Source: an uncultured delta proteobacterium
GTDB lineage: Bacteria > Desulfobacterota > Binatia > Binatales > Binataceae
NCBI GenBank assembly: GCA_963765675.1
Contig: CAVXXK010000001.1
Location: 608,001 to 672,000, forward strand
Direction of reading: 5' to 3'
Length of the DNA stretch: 64,000 nt
The notes below the pieces were generated by a model. That model had not been told where the DNA came from. It saw nothing but the letters and a program-made list of their open reading frames with translations, and searched no databases. Positions 62,190 to 64,000 of this stretch are shown one piece after another. A program made the position numbers and the translations under genes. Position 1 is the stretch's first letter. Each line of letters begins with the position of its first letter.

Positions 62190-62510
62190 TCACTCGCTTC
62201 GCGCGCATTCGCATGCCTGGCAGACAACTATCAGCATCAGCGAACGATCGGCAATTGCAGGAAGATACCTAAGCCTGTTCCTCCAGTCGTCGAGACGCCC
62301 ATGTGCGGCATCTTCGTAGCTAGTGAGGAACCGCGCTGTATAGCGGTCGAATTCCGGATTCGGGACGAACCAGTCCCATCGAAACGCGCCAGCCTCGGAG
62401 CCTGGTTCGGACGCGAACCAAAAGTGAAGGATGCTTTCCACTCGCGACGCCGCATTGTGGCTGCTTTTCGGAGCTCCGCCCACGATGATAACTCGTTTCA
62501 ATTTCGACAA
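62190..62510 (-). pseudogene. DUF924 family fragment
   Basis: SILHFWF...WF...EFD...AAHGRLDDW resembles the DUF924 N-terminus; the expected downstream LDQFPRN is absent. Confidence 0.55.
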
Positions 62511-62805
62511 GTGTGCGATTACTTACTACCCGTCCGACGGCTCAGAACTCTTGAGGGTTACGCCAATGACCGAGGCAATGGAGCCTGATGTTGCCTTCGT
62601 GGGCGGCTCGGCTACCCCGCTTAGAGAGGCCGCACATCGCGCGCAGAATCTGGCCTCAGGCGGATTATCGAAAGCGCACTTTTGGCATCGGCGTTTGAAG
62701 GGAGTTGCACATTGAATGCAAAAGCTTCGCCCCTTGGGGATTTTCAGTTGAGCAGCTCTCGCAGCGCATCGGGCGTTGCCAGGTCAGGGTTGTTGTTCGG
62801 GAACT

Positions 62806-63507
62806 CTACGGCTTGACCACCTCGCCGCGATGGTTCTTGTACATGCGATCGCGCCAGGCGAATACCTCGGCGAAGGTCGGATCTTCGCCGACCTTGTCCA
62901 GGTAAACCATCCGCACTGGCGGCTGAAAGACGAAAAACTCCTGCGGAGGCGCCTTGAAAAGCATCAACATCGCCGCGGTGGTTATGTCGGCGCGAGTGAA
63001 TGCATCACCGACCAGGTATTCGCGCCCGCTCAGGGTCTCCTTAAGACTCGTCAGAATCCTGGCGACTGTGAGCCTGCTCTGTTCTTCCTCGAATGGTGAG
63101 TATCCATACTTTTCCGCGAAGTACTTTCCACTTTTTTGTGCTTCGGGGTCATTGATGCGGAGCAGGCGCCCGGTGATCATCACGCGGCCATGAGGCCCCA
63201 GCGCGTTAAGCGCGACTTCTTCCCATAGCGTCGCCGTCGCACGCTCTTTCGCGGATTTGGGCAACAGCGCCGGCTCCGGTCGCGTTTCCTCAAGCCAGTC
63301 CAAAATCGCGCTCGAATCCGGAATCACCTTATCATCGATGATCAAGACCGGTACCAGGGTTTGCCCGGTCAGTTTCTTTATTTTCTCTTCATCGACGCGT
63401 GGCTCGTAGTTTTCCTTCTCGTACGCCAGGCCTTTGAACTTCAACGCCCAACGGACGCGCTCGGACCAGGGCGACAAGTACATTGTGATCAACTTTGGTG
63501 TGCTCAT
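62806..63507 (-). CDS. Glutathione S-transferase family protein
   Basis: LSPWSERVRWAL, VPVL...DSSAILDWLE, YLVGDAFTRADI; start ATG 63507. Confidence 0.9.
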   Translation of the reverse strand: MSTPKLITMYLSPWSERVRWALKFKGLAYEKENYEPRVDEEKIKKLTGQTLVPVLIIDDKVIPDSSAILDWLEETRPEPALLPKSAKERATATLWEEVALNALGPHGRVMITGRLLRINDPEAQKSGKYFAEKYGYSPFEEEQSRLTVARILTSLKETLSGREYLVGDAFTRADITTAAMLMLFKAPPQEFFVFQPPVRMVYLDKVGEDPTFAEVFAWRDRMYKNHRGEVVKP

Positions 63508-63695
63508 GAACAGTTTCCTTTGAGCTTGGTCAGCAATGAAACTTTGCCCTGTTACTGGAGAGCATCTCGCTACGTCCCGGACAGCAGTACCAACAGGCGG
63601 AGCGATTTCAGCGCTTCGGAGCAGCCCTTCGCAAGTGCGGAAGATTGGGAGCACCCGCGAGCGGGGGGTGGCGCACGCAGATGCTCCCACGCGAA

Positions 63696-64000
63696 TCACT
63701 TCACATCCACTTCCATCCGCATCCAGGGATGGATGCAGCATTGGAACAGATGCTTTCCCTTCGACAGGCCAGTTATATCGAGATGGCTGCCTTGAAGAAT
63801 TCGGGTCCTGGCCACCGCGACCTTGGAAAAGCCGCCGGCGCACTCCGGAACAACGCTCGTAGCGCTGCCCGGGTTGAGCGGCGGCAGGAATCCGTTACCG
63901 AACGCTTTCACCTCTGTGAAGGTGTGCGGCTCACCGCCTTGATTCACGGCGGAAAGGACTTCTTGCTGGTTGATCGTCAACTGGTCGGGTTCGAAGTCCC
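63696..64000 (-). CDS. Cupredoxin/plastocyanin-like copper protein, C-terminal part (5' end beyond window)
   Basis: N-x-GGEPHTFT...FQCCIHPWM: H...C-x2-H-x2-M type-1 copper ligand pattern. Confidence 0.75.
   Translation of the reverse strand, partial: DFEPDQLTINQQEVLSAVNQGGEPHTFTEVKAFGNGFLPPLNPGSATSVVPECAGGFSKVAVARTRILQGSHLDITGLSKGKHLFQCCIHPWMRMEVDVK

Overview
GC-rich bacterial chromosomal window, about 55 genes, mostly housekeeping and catabolic. The gene content is reminiscent of soil Candidatus Binatota, but that is inference only. It holds redox/catabolic enzymes (F420-LLM, three GSTs, AKR, acyl-CoA dehydrogenases, a flavin monooxygenase-lactonase fusion), a large secreted S53 protease next to an AAA-ATPase regulator, trehalose/glycogen genes (otsB, otsA, debranching enzyme, GT4, glgP), several REP/REPIN families with a RAYT transposase, and a parS site. 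The most striking signal is a fluoride-response locus with two fluoride (crcB-motif) riboswitches in series, each with its own terminator. One precedes ilvD (dihydroxy-acid dehydratase). The other precedes a DUF190-4xCBS fusion and crcB, which are followed by an amidohydrolase and a dehalogenase-like GST. Other oddities: an orphan Rhs C-terminal module, an antitoxin-only cluster with a 190-bp duplication of a gene 3' end, hsdS and SDR remnants around the RAYT, and several single-base frameshifts that may be assembly indels. No rRNA, tRNA or CRISPR array was seen. All family calls come from motif recognition, not database searches.
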